Part shown: in pieces, positions 19,487 through 28,497 of the stretch | Numbering within the stretch: position 1 is the stretch's first letter | Layout of the letters: each line of letters begins with the position of its first letter | From: a virus | Direction: 5' to 3' (one strand) | Length of the DNA: 64,000 bases | IMG/VR virus record: IMGVR_UViG_3300009149_000020 | Coordinates: 18,827 to 82,826 of that record | Notes under the pieces: model-generated | What the model was told of the DNA's origin: nothing | Database searches by the model: none | Seen by the model: only the letters and a program-made list of their open reading frames with translations | Program-made: the position numbers and the translations under genes

Positions 19487-19783
19487 ATGATGATTAGAAT
19501 ATGCATGACAATAATGCTGGTAGTATTTGCTTGTTGTTTATTTTATGGTTGTGGTGGTGGAGGTGGAGGTAGTGGTAGTGGTAGTGGAACTGGTGTAGTT
19601 ACTACACTTTCACTTTCAAAAAAGAATCCTGAAAAGAATTATATGGCTACACGACTTTCACCAAATGATAATGTTTTTATCATCACAGCACTAGATGCTT
19701 CTATTCCTATGGATTTAGGAGATGACATTCCGTTGCCTATAGGGAATGGAGAATACATTGTAGTAAGTGATAAGCTAGAATGA
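19487..19783 (+). CDS. Putative lipoprotein
   Basis: Hydrophobic signal ending in FYG-C followed by a Gly/Ser linker. Confidence 0.65.
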   Translation: MMIRICMTIMLVVFACCLFYGCGGGGGGSGSGSGTGVVTTLSLSKKNPEKNYMATRLSPNDNVFIITALDASIPMDLGDDIPLPIGNGEYIVVSDKLE

Positions 19784-19867
19784 ACGAAATTAGTTTAGCA
19801 TCTTTGTTAAATAACTTAGAAAAGACGCGTAGAGGAAGTAGAAAAACCAAAAGAAAGGAGAATACAC

Positions 19868-20206
19868 ATGAAGAATCGAACTAATTCCTTAACACCTGCA
19901 CCTTGTCCTGAAGCAACCAAATGTCCCTTCTGTGCTGGAACACATATGCTTATTGATACTATTACTTATACGGATGAAGAGTATGGGGATTCTATACAAT
20001 ATGCTGTATGGTGTGGTAGTTGTGGAACATCCACTTGTGAAACGGAAAACAAAAGCACAGCCATTAGAAATTGGAATATGCGCCTTGAGGATGAATCTGT
20101 GATCAGAAAAATGTTAGAATGGGAAGCTAGTATAGAGAATAAAGATGTAATTGAAAACTATGATAAACTAAAGGAAATCTTAGCGCCCTACAGGGAGAAG
20201 AAATGA
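19868..20206 (+). CDS. Lar-family restriction alleviation protein
   Basis: CPFC...CGSCG...AIRNWNMR. Confidence 0.75.
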   Translation: MKNRTNSLTPAPCPEATKCPFCAGTHMLIDTITYTDEEYGDSIQYAVWCGSCGTSTCETENKSTAIRNWNMRLEDESVIRKMLEWEASIENKDVIENYDKLKEILAPYREKK

Positions 20207-20643
20207 TTTTTACAAGTCAGCCAGATGACATTATGGTAGCAAGAGAAAAAGAGATTAATGCTTTTTTAGACAGTTACAATGTAGGCGCAAGGATATTTAT
20301 GAGGTATGATTCCAAAGCTAAATTCCCCTACACAGTCATTATCCATATTAAAAGAGAACGGCTTAGTACAATAATGAGCACACACCCTACTTTTAGAGCA
20401 TTATCATCATATCTTAAAGGATGGGCAAATGCATTAACATGGTGTTATAGAGTTAGACCTGATCTTTGTAGAAGATGTTTGGATCAAACCGCTAATGCTA
20501 AAGTTGATTGCGTAACGCACATACTTGGTACAACAGAAAAGTATATTTCTGAGAATCCTGAATTCAGCCTTGTTGAAAAAGATGTTACAAGAGCGCAAGC
20601 TTATGATTCTATTAGGACTATTTTTAAATTTAAGAAGGCTTAG
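20203..20643 (+). CDS. Hypothetical protein
   Basis: Overlapping start/stop, 146 aa. Confidence 0.6.
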   Translation: MIFTSQPDDIMVAREKEINAFLDSYNVGARIFMRYDSKAKFPYTVIIHIKRERLSTIMSTHPTFRALSSYLKGWANALTWCYRVRPDLCRRCLDQTANAKVDCVTHILGTTEKYISENPEFSLVEKDVTRAQAYDSIRTIFKFKKA

Positions 20644-20654
20644 GGCGGAGACAT

Positions 20655-21224
20655 ATGGAAGAAAAGGGGGCATGGATGAAGGAGCTAAACGAAAGGTTAA
20701 TGACTGCTATTTATGAAGGATCGTCTAAAGCTGTTAAATTTCTTTTAATGTCAGGAGCTGATCCAAATTGTATACTATGGACTGGTTTTGTTACAGATAA
20801 ATTTGTAGTAACATCTGAAAAAGATGGAAAGGCTACTAATTTGAATTTGACTAAAACGTCTGCTTTAATTCTAGCGTGCGAGACTCCTAGTATGTATAAT
20901 GCTAACCAGGATGCTAATTTAAAAATAATAAGATTACTACTTGATGCAGGCGCTGACGTGAACGCTGCGATTATGTATACTGCTTGGGAGGCTCTGCGTA
21001 AGGATACACCGTTATTTGCAGCTATTGATATGGAAGACGTTCCTGCAATAAAGTTATTATTAACTTATAACGCTGATCCTTCTTTAAAAGATGCTGACGA
21101 ACGCGATGCACTTTCTTGTGCCGTTTATTCATGTTCGTCGAACGACGAGCGCAGGTGTGAAATAATTAGAGTTATTGTAAAGGCAGAACTTGCTTGGAAT
21201 GCAGGCAAGGAGAAGGAGAACTAA
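20655..21224 (+). CDS. Ankyrin-repeat protein
   Basis: KFLLMSGADPN, LLLDAGADVN, DTPLFAAI, LLLTYNADP. Confidence 0.9.
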   Translation: MEEKGAWMKELNERLMTAIYEGSSKAVKFLLMSGADPNCILWTGFVTDKFVVTSEKDGKATNLNLTKTSALILACETPSMYNANQDANLKIIRLLLDAGADVNAAIMYTAWEALRKDTPLFAAIDMEDVPAIKLLLTYNADPSLKDADERDALSCAVYSCSSNDERRCEIIRVIVKAELAWNAGKEKEN

Positions 21225-21571
21225 TGACTGAACATGCAGTTAAATGGCTAAGACCTGCCGACTTGGCACCTCTCGATTTTGAATGTTTAAACGCTGTTTT
21301 CAAAAAAGATATTAAGAAAGTTAAGTTCTGCATTATGGCGGGAGCTAACGTTAACGTTGCTGTGTATGGTTGCATATCAGGGTTATTCAGAGCTGTTATC
21401 TGCGGAAACTTTGAGATGGCAAAGCTTTTAGTTGAGGCAGGAGCTGATGTTAACTTCAACCCTACAGGAAAGGAATCTATACTGGATGCTTTAAAGAGTC
21501 GCTCTTTTAGAACAAGAGGGTTGAAAGTTAAACTCAAACATCTTTTAGTGAAAGGAGGTGCTCATGAATGA
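21224..21571 (+). CDS. Ankyrin-repeat protein
   Basis: KFCIMAGANVN, GNFEMAKLLVEAGADVN. Confidence 0.85.
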   Translation: MTEHAVKWLRPADLAPLDFECLNAVFKKDIKKVKFCIMAGANVNVAVYGCISGLFRAVICGNFEMAKLLVEAGADVNFNPTGKESILDALKSRSFRTRGLKVKLKHLLVKGGAHE

Positions 21572-22457
21572 TATAATAGTGGTCAAAGAAAATCAAGTAC
21601 TTTTTGAGATATTAGCAGGACTTGACTCTACAGAACAATCCCAACTGCTTGGTCATTTGTTTGCCGCTGCTATTACTCCCGGAGCTAGCGGAGATCTACT
21701 TAAACAGTTGAATAAGATAGCATGCTATTTAGATGTGCCTATACTTTTACAGCATGAAGGCTGTGTTGATACTATGTGCAATATAGGAAAGTGGTGTGAT
21801 GCGGAAACAATTGACTGGATTATAAATTTAATACAAGATGATGCATCCCCAGGAGTAGTTCTGCAGCCTAATACGAACTTCAAGAGAAATTCAGCTATAC
21901 ATGTCATATTAAAAGGGATTGCTTCTTATGAAGGGTTTCAAAAACTTAAGAAGTTTTTTAAAGAGCCCAACCATCCGCTTATGTTAGCATTTCTTAAGTT
22001 AGGAGAGGAACTGCTTACACAGCCTCCGTATCGTCGTTATTTTTATCAATTGCTAGTAGAAGAGCCTGAGTTTGCATATGAGTTATGGCAGCTGGTAGGT
22101 TGTGACAAAAAGAAGATTCTTACTGACTACATTATATTTGGTTTTGCAAGAAACAATAAAAAAGCAAAAAAAGGCTTACCGGGTCTACTTAAAACATTCA
22201 AAGTCAACTTTTTAGATCTTCCTATTGCTAAATCTCTTACTGAAATAGAGTGGTATAACATAGGGTATAGAAGTAGCCCTGAAAAGATACGTCAAGTATA
22301 TGTAGCTGCTAAATGCTTTTTAACGCAAGAACAATTTACACACTTTTATTTACAGAAAGGAGGTTTGTGGAAAGAAATAGCAACGCATCATTTTAAAGAA
22401 ACTGCACGAATAGAAAAGATACGTCAACGAGCAAAAGAGCGAAAGAAAGGAGCGTGA
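21564..22457 (+). CDS. Helical protein, paralogue of 33354 and 35494
   Basis: IG....ETI.W..., ILKG, P.HP motifs shared; weak tail motif. Confidence 0.7.
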   Translation: MNDIIVVKENQVLFEILAGLDSTEQSQLLGHLFAAAITPGASGDLLKQLNKIACYLDVPILLQHEGCVDTMCNIGKWCDAETIDWIINLIQDDASPGVVLQPNTNFKRNSAIHVILKGIASYEGFQKLKKFFKEPNHPLMLAFLKLGEELLTQPPYRRYFYQLLVEEPEFAYELWQLVGCDKKKILTDYIIFGFARNNKKAKKGLPGLLKTFKVNFLDLPIAKSLTEIEWYNIGYRSSPEKIRQVYVAAKCFLTQEQFTHFYLQKGGLWKEIATHHFKETARIEKIRQRAKERKKGA

Positions 22458-22461
22458 CATT

Positions 22462-22917
22462 ATGGAAAATACAAGACATATATTTAGAGTATGGAATACA
22501 AGCACAAATACATGGGAAACAGGTACAATAATGGCAACTAAAAATGGAGAATTAGTATCTTTCTCAGCTAAGGAGCAAAAGATATTAGATCGTAAAATAT
22601 ATATTAGACAGGAGTGTACAGGTCTAAAAGACAAAAATGGTGTATTGATTTTTGAAGGAGACATACTTAGCAAAGATTGTTACATGTGGATGGATGAAGG
22701 CAAACAGAATTATGTTGCAGTAGTTGAGTGGATATATTCATGTTGGCAAGTTGTAGCTGAATGTGTTAATCCAAACAGAAGCGGAATCTCAAGCGGCATT
22801 AATCAACTTTTAAACGAAGATGGATTTGAAGAAGATGAGCATTCAGATTGGGAAGTCATTGGTAACACTTTTGACAATAGTGATTTGCTATTACTAAGAG
22901 AAAAGGAACAGTTATGA
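22462..22917 (+). CDS. YopX family protein
   Basis: FRVWN, QECTGLKDKNGVLIFEGDIL, EVIGNTFDN. Confidence 0.9.
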   Translation: MENTRHIFRVWNTSTNTWETGTIMATKNGELVSFSAKEQKILDRKIYIRQECTGLKDKNGVLIFEGDILSKDCYMWMDEGKQNYVAVVEWIYSCWQVVAECVNPNRSGISSGINQLLNEDGFEEDEHSDWEVIGNTFDNSDLLLLREKEQL

Positions 22918-22931
22918 AATAGGAGGAAAGA

Positions 22932-23399
22932 ATGAAGAAGTTTAAAGTATGCGCTGCTAATTCGTCTGCTTGGTGTCTTGTTGACGCAGAGAATGAGACT
23001 AGAGCACAGGAAGTAGCGATGGAGCTAATTGACTGGGAAGGCATTCCTCCAATAGTAGTAGGTTCTGCAGAAGAACTTGACTTATCTTTAACAGTTACTA
23101 TGATTAGTCAGAAGATTGCTTTAGGCAACTTCCCTGCTATAATTAATAAAATGATGAAGGATACAGAATATCGGGATGAGGGTATTGGAGAGTGGTTAGC
23201 GGAGCCAGTAAGGATAAAAATTAAAGAGGTGCTTAAAGAATACTCTCTGCCTTGTTCATTAACCGCGCTTGAAGGTTTGTTATATGACGATGAAGACTTT
23301 CGTGAGGTTGTTGACGAAATTGATACTTCCGCAAGAGAGAGGGTATTGTTTCGTGTAATTCAAGCTGTTATACTCGCAATAGTACAGGACTGCTTATAG
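22932..23399 (+). CDS. Hypothetical protein
   Basis: SD, 155 aa. Confidence 0.65.
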   Translation: MKKFKVCAANSSAWCLVDAENETRAQEVAMELIDWEGIPPIVVGSAEELDLSLTVTMISQKIALGNFPAIINKMMKDTEYRDEGIGEWLAEPVRIKIKEVLKEYSLPCSLTALEGLLYDDEDFREVVDEIDTSARERVLFRVIQAVILAIVQDCL

Positions 23400-23413
23400 A
23401 ATAAGGAGGAAGA

Positions 23414-23433
23414 TAATGATTGAGATTAAAGGA
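23414..23433 (+). repeat. 20-bp direct repeat, copy of the rtcB start region (other copy 25248-25267)
   Basis: TAATGATTGAGATTAAAGGA identical at both positions. Confidence 0.8.
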
Positions 23434-23441
23434 GAAATAAA

Positions 23442-23882
23442 ATGAAAATAATTAATGTTAAGGAAACACCTGTTCACATTAAGTGCTCTGATTTTAACGA
23501 AGGTATTAATATCATTCCCTTCACTTATACATGTCCTGCTACCCCGGGTCTTGCTTTTCATGAACAGCCTACGCAGGAGCACGGAGTTGTAATCATAATA
23601 CCTAGCAACGGTGGCTATATGATCATAGCGCGTTGTGTAGACGGAGCTTATGTAAAGTTTGAGGTGATTGGCTACTATACTAGTTTTGGTTATGTCAAGC
23701 AAGAAGCTGATATGACTTATGAGTCGACATCAGGTCCTCAGCTACAAGCTCGACGAGGCACAGACATTGAGCAGGACGGTCATGCACAATTTCTTGAGCA
23801 GATTCCTGAAATGGCTCGTGAAGAAGTTGATCACGTTCTCAAGAATTACAAACTTGGTTATTATAGTATTAAGGAGGACTGA
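23442..23882 (+). CDS. Hypothetical protein
   Basis: SD, 146 aa. Confidence 0.65.
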   Translation: MKIINVKETPVHIKCSDFNEGINIIPFTYTCPATPGLAFHEQPTQEHGVVIIIPSNGGYMIIARCVDGAYVKFEVIGYYTSFGYVKQEADMTYESTSGPQLQARRGTDIEQDGHAQFLEQIPEMAREEVDHVLKNYKLGYYSIKED

Positions 23883-24049
23883 TGGATAGTAATAGCATAA
23901 GATTCTACGTACTAGCTGCTCAATCTATATTTGGTATTAAGAAAGCTGAGAAATGGTTAGATGAAACTTCTGACAAGTTAATTAGATCAGTTAAGGATGA
24001 GGAGGAAGCAAAGTCTGCGATATATCGATTATTAGAAGGGTCCGAATAG
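23882..24049 (+). CDS. Small hypothetical protein (not in ORF track)
   Basis: AAGGAGG SD, TGATG overlap, 55 aa. Confidence 0.55.
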   Translation: MDSNSIRFYVLAAQSIFGIKKAEKWLDETSDKLIRSVKDEEEAKSAIYRLLEGSE

Positions 24050-24060
24050 GAGGACTAGTT

Positions 24061-24684
24061 ATGAGCTTTAACAAAGAAGGATTTGGGAAGATTCTTCAGG
24101 AAAGATTAACTGCTTTACACCTAACGCAGGCGCAATTAGCATACTTAGTAGGTTGTGGTAAAGACTCAATTTCTAATTATGTAAATGGCAAAGGGTTTCC
24201 AAGACTTGATAGATTGATTAGGATAACTGAGGCGTTAGGGATAACTCTTCCTGACTTTATAGGAAAAGTAAAAGAGCATCCTGAAAACATTGTAACTGTA
24301 CCAATTCTTACAGGCATCCCGAGAGACTTATCTATTGCTAAAGATTGTGTAGAAGCTACTGAAAACCTGTATTTTGCTAGAGGATTTTTTGAAGAGGATA
24401 ATCTTTATGCCTTCACTGTTTCGACAAGTCACATGCACGATCGTCTTTGTGTTGGGTCTTTAGCGGTTGTTGCTGTAAATACTAAACCCCGAACAGGCCA
24501 AATTGCTGCTATAAGATACAAAGGACTATTGATGGTGAGTAGGATAGTATGGAAGGATAAAAAAGATTATGTTTTAGTTCCAACAAACCCTGTTCACGAT
24601 GTGATAGAGGTAGACAGTTCACTAAGAAAGACTTACCCCATAGTTGGAACCGTACTTTTTTCGTATGTTGATTATAGAACATGA
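24061..24684 (+). CDS. XRE/cI-LexA-like repressor with apparently inactive S24 domain
   Basis: LTQAQLAYLVGCGKDSISNYVNGKGFP HTH; C-terminal S24 fold with STSHM and MVSRI in place of GDSM and VKR. Confidence 0.8.
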   Translation: MSFNKEGFGKILQERLTALHLTQAQLAYLVGCGKDSISNYVNGKGFPRLDRLIRITEALGITLPDFIGKVKEHPENIVTVPILTGIPRDLSIAKDCVEATENLYFARGFFEEDNLYAFTVSTSHMHDRLCVGSLAVVAVNTKPRTGQIAAIRYKGLLMVSRIVWKDKKDYVLVPTNPVHDVIEVDSSLRKTYPIVGTVLFSYVDYRT

Positions 24685-24873
24685 AAGGTATGCTTTGGTG
24701 AAGATAAGAAGATGAAGGAGAAAAAATGATTGAAGAACTATTACTCACGAAAGAGGGCGGTGTCTTGCTGTATGAAGGTTTGAAATTAATTGCAGAGTCA
24801 TTAGGATCAATTAGCACATCAATAATAGTAGCTGCTTTAATTAGGGCATTTTTTAATAAATAAGGAGGACTAG

Positions 24874-25257
24874 GTGCTTAGTGAAGAGAAGATGAAAGAG
24901 TATCAAAAAGAATGGTATCAGAAAAACAAAGAAAAGATAAAAGAAAAGCATAAAGAATACCGTCAGAAAAACAAAGAAAAGATAAAAGAAAAGCATAAAG
25001 AATACCGTCAGGAAAACAAAGAAAAGATAAAAGAATACTATCAGGAAAATAAAGAGAAGCTACAAGAGTATCAAAAAGAGTACTATCAGGAAAATAAAGA
25101 GAAGCGGAAAGCATATTTACAGGAAAATAAAGAGAAGATACAAGAGTATCAAAAAGAGTATCAAAAAGAGTATCAAAAAGAGTATCAAAAAGAGTATCGT
25201 ATCAAAAATAAACAGAGAGCAAACGCACAGAAGATGAAGGAGAAAAGTAATGATTGA
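24874..25257 (+). CDS. Low-complexity (Y-Q-E-N-K-E-K) repeat protein
   Basis: AAGGAGG SD plus GTG; protein built from tandem repeats. Confidence 0.65.
   Translation: MLSEEKMKEYQKEWYQKNKEKIKEKHKEYRQKNKEKIKEKHKEYRQENKEKIKEYYQENKEKLQEYQKEYYQENKEKRKAYLQENKEKIQEYQKEYQKEYQKEYQKEYRIKNKQRANAQKMKEKSND
24918..25198 (+). repeat. Coding tandem repeats (45-bp x2+ and 12-bp AAGAGTATCAAA x4+)
   Basis: 24918-24962 equals 24963-25007; 12-mer array at 25142-25198. Confidence 0.85.
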
Positions 25258-26728
25258 GATTAAAGGAAAGTACACTGAAGCAATTGTACATATTGATGAG
25301 GTAGAAGAAAGCTGCATTGCGCAAATTCAGTCAATGTGCAATCATTCTGCATTTACAAACCCTATTAAAATCATGCCTGATTGTCATGCAGGTAAAGGTT
25401 CTGTGATAGGCTTTACTATGCCGTTAGGAGACATGCTAATTGCTAATGTGGTCGGAGTTGACATAAACTGCGGAATGCTGTCTATAAATGTAGGCCCTGA
25501 CGCATTTACAAAGTTAACTTTTGTTGAAGTTGAGAAAAAGATAAGAGAAGCTATTCCATTCGGAATGTCAACACATACTCCAGAAGACGCTATTAATATG
25601 GAGAAAGAGTTTCCGTGGAAGAACGTTAATGAAGAAGTAAGAGAATTTCTAAGGGCATTTGAAAAGAAATTTGGCTTTACAGTGGCTCCTCCTGTTATTA
25701 ATTATGAATGGTTCAGGGCTAAGTGTAAACAAATAAGCTGTGACCCTTCAAGAGCTATAAGAAGTCTCGGAACACTTGGCTCGGGCAATCATTTCGTCGA
25801 AGTTGGAAAGGCTGAAACCACTAGAGACTACTGGGTTACAATCCATTCAGGTTCTAGAAACTTTGGTAAATGTATTTGTGATTATTGGCAAGGAGTTGCT
25901 AAGAAAATGCTCGATGATAAAAGAAACGGTGCATATCAAGAGAGAGTGTTAACGCTTAGAAGTAACCACGAAGCTGCCGGTACACCTGAGTTAATTCCTC
26001 AAGGCATAAAGCAACTTCGAGAAGAGTTAGGCTTTCTTGGTATAACCAAAGGAATGGAAGCATTAGAAGGAACTGATATGCTTAGTTATTTGATAGACAT
26101 GGTCTTTACACAGAAGTATGCTGATGTGAACAGACAAGTCATGGCTTTCAAAATTAAAGGTATCTTTAAGTGTGAAGAAAAAGACTCTATTCACACTAAA
26201 CATAACTTTATAGACTTCAAGGATTTCATAATTCGTAAAGGAGCTATCAGAAGTTATGTAGATGAAAGAATGATTATTCCTTTTAACATGCGTGATGGTA
26301 TTTTAATCTGTGAAGGCAAATCTAATACTGACTGGAACTTTTCAGCTCCTCATGGTGCAGGAAGAGTAATGAGCAGAGGAGATGCAAAAAGGAAACTTAA
26401 CATGGAGCAGTTTACACATCAGATGAAAGGCATCTATACTACGTCTGTTTGTGAAAGCACATTAGACGAAGCTCCTAATGCTTATAAAAAGTCAGAGTTA
26501 ATTGAAAGTTTGATAGGAGACACAGTTACAATTCTTGATAGGGTTAAACCAGTAATTTCTATGAAAGACAGAGGCTCTGCTCAAACTGCTATTGATAGAA
26601 AGAAAGCAAAAAGATCGTGGAAGAAAGAAAGAAGAGAAGCTGCAAGATACAAAATGCAGGAAGCAAACGCAACTGCAAACCTTCAGAATAACAGACATGG
26701 AGTAGATGAAGAAGGGAGGTTATTTTGA
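25250..26728 (+). CDS. rtcB: RtcB family RNA ligase
   Basis: MPDCHAGKG, GVDINCGM, GTLGSGNHFVE, HSGSR, HNF, RKGA, SAPHGAGR, DEAPNAYK. Confidence 0.95.
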   Translation: MIEIKGKYTEAIVHIDEVEESCIAQIQSMCNHSAFTNPIKIMPDCHAGKGSVIGFTMPLGDMLIANVVGVDINCGMLSINVGPDAFTKLTFVEVEKKIREAIPFGMSTHTPEDAINMEKEFPWKNVNEEVREFLRAFEKKFGFTVAPPVINYEWFRAKCKQISCDPSRAIRSLGTLGSGNHFVEVGKAETTRDYWVTIHSGSRNFGKCICDYWQGVAKKMLDDKRNGAYQERVLTLRSNHEAAGTPELIPQGIKQLREELGFLGITKGMEALEGTDMLSYLIDMVFTQKYADVNRQVMAFKIKGIFKCEEKDSIHTKHNFIDFKDFIIRKGAIRSYVDERMIIPFNMRDGILICEGKSNTDWNFSAPHGAGRVMSRGDAKRKLNMEQFTHQMKGIYTTSVCESTLDEAPNAYKKSELIESLIGDTVTILDRVKPVISMKDRGSAQTAIDRKKAKRSWKKERREAARYKMQEANATANLQNNRHGVDEEGRLF

Positions 26729-27798
26729 GTTATCGTGATAGAGAGGAGTATGCAGGACGTATATTCGTAAACTTAGGAAGTCCTAAAGGTGAACGTAGTT
26801 TAGATGAGGTTTTGGTAGACTCTTCTTTTACAGAAAAGACAATGCCGGCTGTTTATGCACAGATTAAAAAGCAGGTACCCGATATGTTAGCAGTTTTGTA
26901 TAACGGGACTCCTTACACAGGTCGTTTCACTAATGTTCTTAGCTTAGCTTTTCAGAATAATAACCCTTCAATATTTCTTTTTCTATTAAAAATCTTTTTA
27001 AGGAAAAGGGTGAAGAAAAAGCTGCGTTTGTATAATACATACGGTGATGTCATGTCCGCACAACAGATACTATATCAGGCCTGCAAGAAAGACTGTAAAG
27101 TATATGATCTTTTAAAAGCGTTAATAGACGATGCAGGGTTGCCTTACAAGACAGCATTTGGTAAGAATTACTTTATCCACTACATTGCAAAGGTGTTATC
27201 GCCCGACATTTGTATTAAGGAATGCACCAAGCTTGTAGAGTTTTTAATTAGTAAAGGTTATACGCTCAATGATAAAAAGCAAGTTCCTGCTATCTTTTCT
27301 GCATGCGTGCAGGGAAAGCTTAAGATGCTTCCTGTGTTGCTTAAACATTCTACTGTTAAAAGTTTAAATGTCTCTTATAAAAAATGTACCCCGTTAACAC
27401 TACTGCCAATACATTCTAAAAAATTAGGAAATGCTACTATTATGAAGGCTGTAAAATCTCTTATTGCTGCCGGAGCTGATCCTACTTTTTGTCCAGAGGA
27501 AGGCGTAACACTTTGGGAAGCTGCTGTAAAGTATAAAAATTGGGAGCTAGCACAGTTTCTTGTAAAAAAGAAATATAATGGACCTAGCGATTTATTGGAA
27601 AGAGATCTTGCTATTTTTTCAAAGATTTTTCAAAAAGAAGAAATCTACACACTGCAGGATGTAATTGAGCTTCTTAACGTAATTACAATGTTCCCTAAAG
27701 GCGTCTTTTCTGCATTATGTTTTTCAAAAGATCCATTAACTAAGGAGTTCGCTATAACGCTTCTTAAGCTTCAAGATTATTTTAAGGAGAATAAATAA
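26725..27798 (+). CDS. Ankyrin-repeat protein with shared C-terminal motif
   Basis: LIAAGADP, GVTLWEAAV; tail FPKGVFSALCFSKDPLTKEFA. Confidence 0.8.
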   Translation: MSYRDREEYAGRIFVNLGSPKGERSLDEVLVDSSFTEKTMPAVYAQIKKQVPDMLAVLYNGTPYTGRFTNVLSLAFQNNNPSIFLFLLKIFLRKRVKKKLRLYNTYGDVMSAQQILYQACKKDCKVYDLLKALIDDAGLPYKTAFGKNYFIHYIAKVLSPDICIKECTKLVEFLISKGYTLNDKKQVPAIFSACVQGKLKMLPVLLKHSTVKSLNVSYKKCTPLTLLPIHSKKLGNATIMKAVKSLIAAGADPTFCPEEGVTLWEAAVKYKNWELAQFLVKKKYNGPSDLLERDLAIFSKIFQKEEIYTLQDVIELLNVITMFPKGVFSALCFSKDPLTKEFAITLLKLQDYFKENK

Positions 27799-28202
27799 TG
27801 ACTAATGAATTAAACCGCTCTATTGTTGCTATAAAAGCAAGAGACGGAATTCTTTTTGGGGAGGCCGGCCCTACTTACTCAGGAGGAACTTGTCCTTTTG
27901 CAGGGATTGATTTCTATGCGTTAGATATGTTGATACAGATGGGTGTTATTGCTTTAGATGAATGTCAGAACAATTCGCCAACGGTGCAAGAATTTAAAGC
28001 TTTCTTATCAGAGCACCCTGAATTTCAGGCACATGGTTATGCTGTATCTGCTGAAAGGAAAGATTACAGAGTAACCCTTGAGGGCTTAGCAGGTACAGCT
28101 TCCAATATGCAAGCAGCTTTAGCTTTTTCACAATTTTTTAATAATGCAGATGTTTGTAGAGTTGATCAGCAGACATTAGAATGTCGCAGCTGGTATGACT
28201 AA
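27798..28202 (+). CDS. Conserved phage hypothetical protein
   Basis: QNNSPT..EF, HGY.VS..R.DYRV..EG, terminal WYD. Confidence 0.7.
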   Translation: MTNELNRSIVAIKARDGILFGEAGPTYSGGTCPFAGIDFYALDMLIQMGVIALDECQNNSPTVQEFKAFLSEHPEFQAHGYAVSAERKDYRVTLEGLAGTASNMQAALAFSQFFNNADVCRVDQQTLECRSWYD

Positions 28203-28215
28203 CTAGAGGTTTTAT

Positions 28216-28491
28216 ATGAATAATTTTGAAAAAGCACAGGAAATGAAGAAAAAATATCCAGGTACTTTTGATGCACCCACTCCTGCAGAATTAGATTCTA
28301 TAGAATTTAATGATTATGTTAAGGTATGCGCAGGCAGTGAAAGATTTTGGATAACTGTGAAAGGTGTTGAGGATGACGTGATTTATGGAATGGTTAACAA
28401 TGATTTAGTATGTACATTTGATCATGGACTACACTGCGGAGATTCTGTAAAGTTTAAAAAATGTCATGTATACAATATCATGAAAGGATAG
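28216..28491 (+). CDS. Small hypothetical protein (DUF2314-like)
   Basis: VKV..ERFW..V....G.VNND pattern. Confidence 0.55.
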   Translation: MNNFEKAQEMKKKYPGTFDAPTPAELDSIEFNDYVKVCAGSERFWITVKGVEDDVIYGMVNNDLVCTFDHGLHCGDSVKFKKCHVYNIMKG

Positions 28492-28497
28492 GTACTT

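Noticed and set aside
24918-25198. Possible CRISPR array
   Set aside because: Repeats are contiguous, in-frame multiples of 3 with no unique spacers; no cas genes
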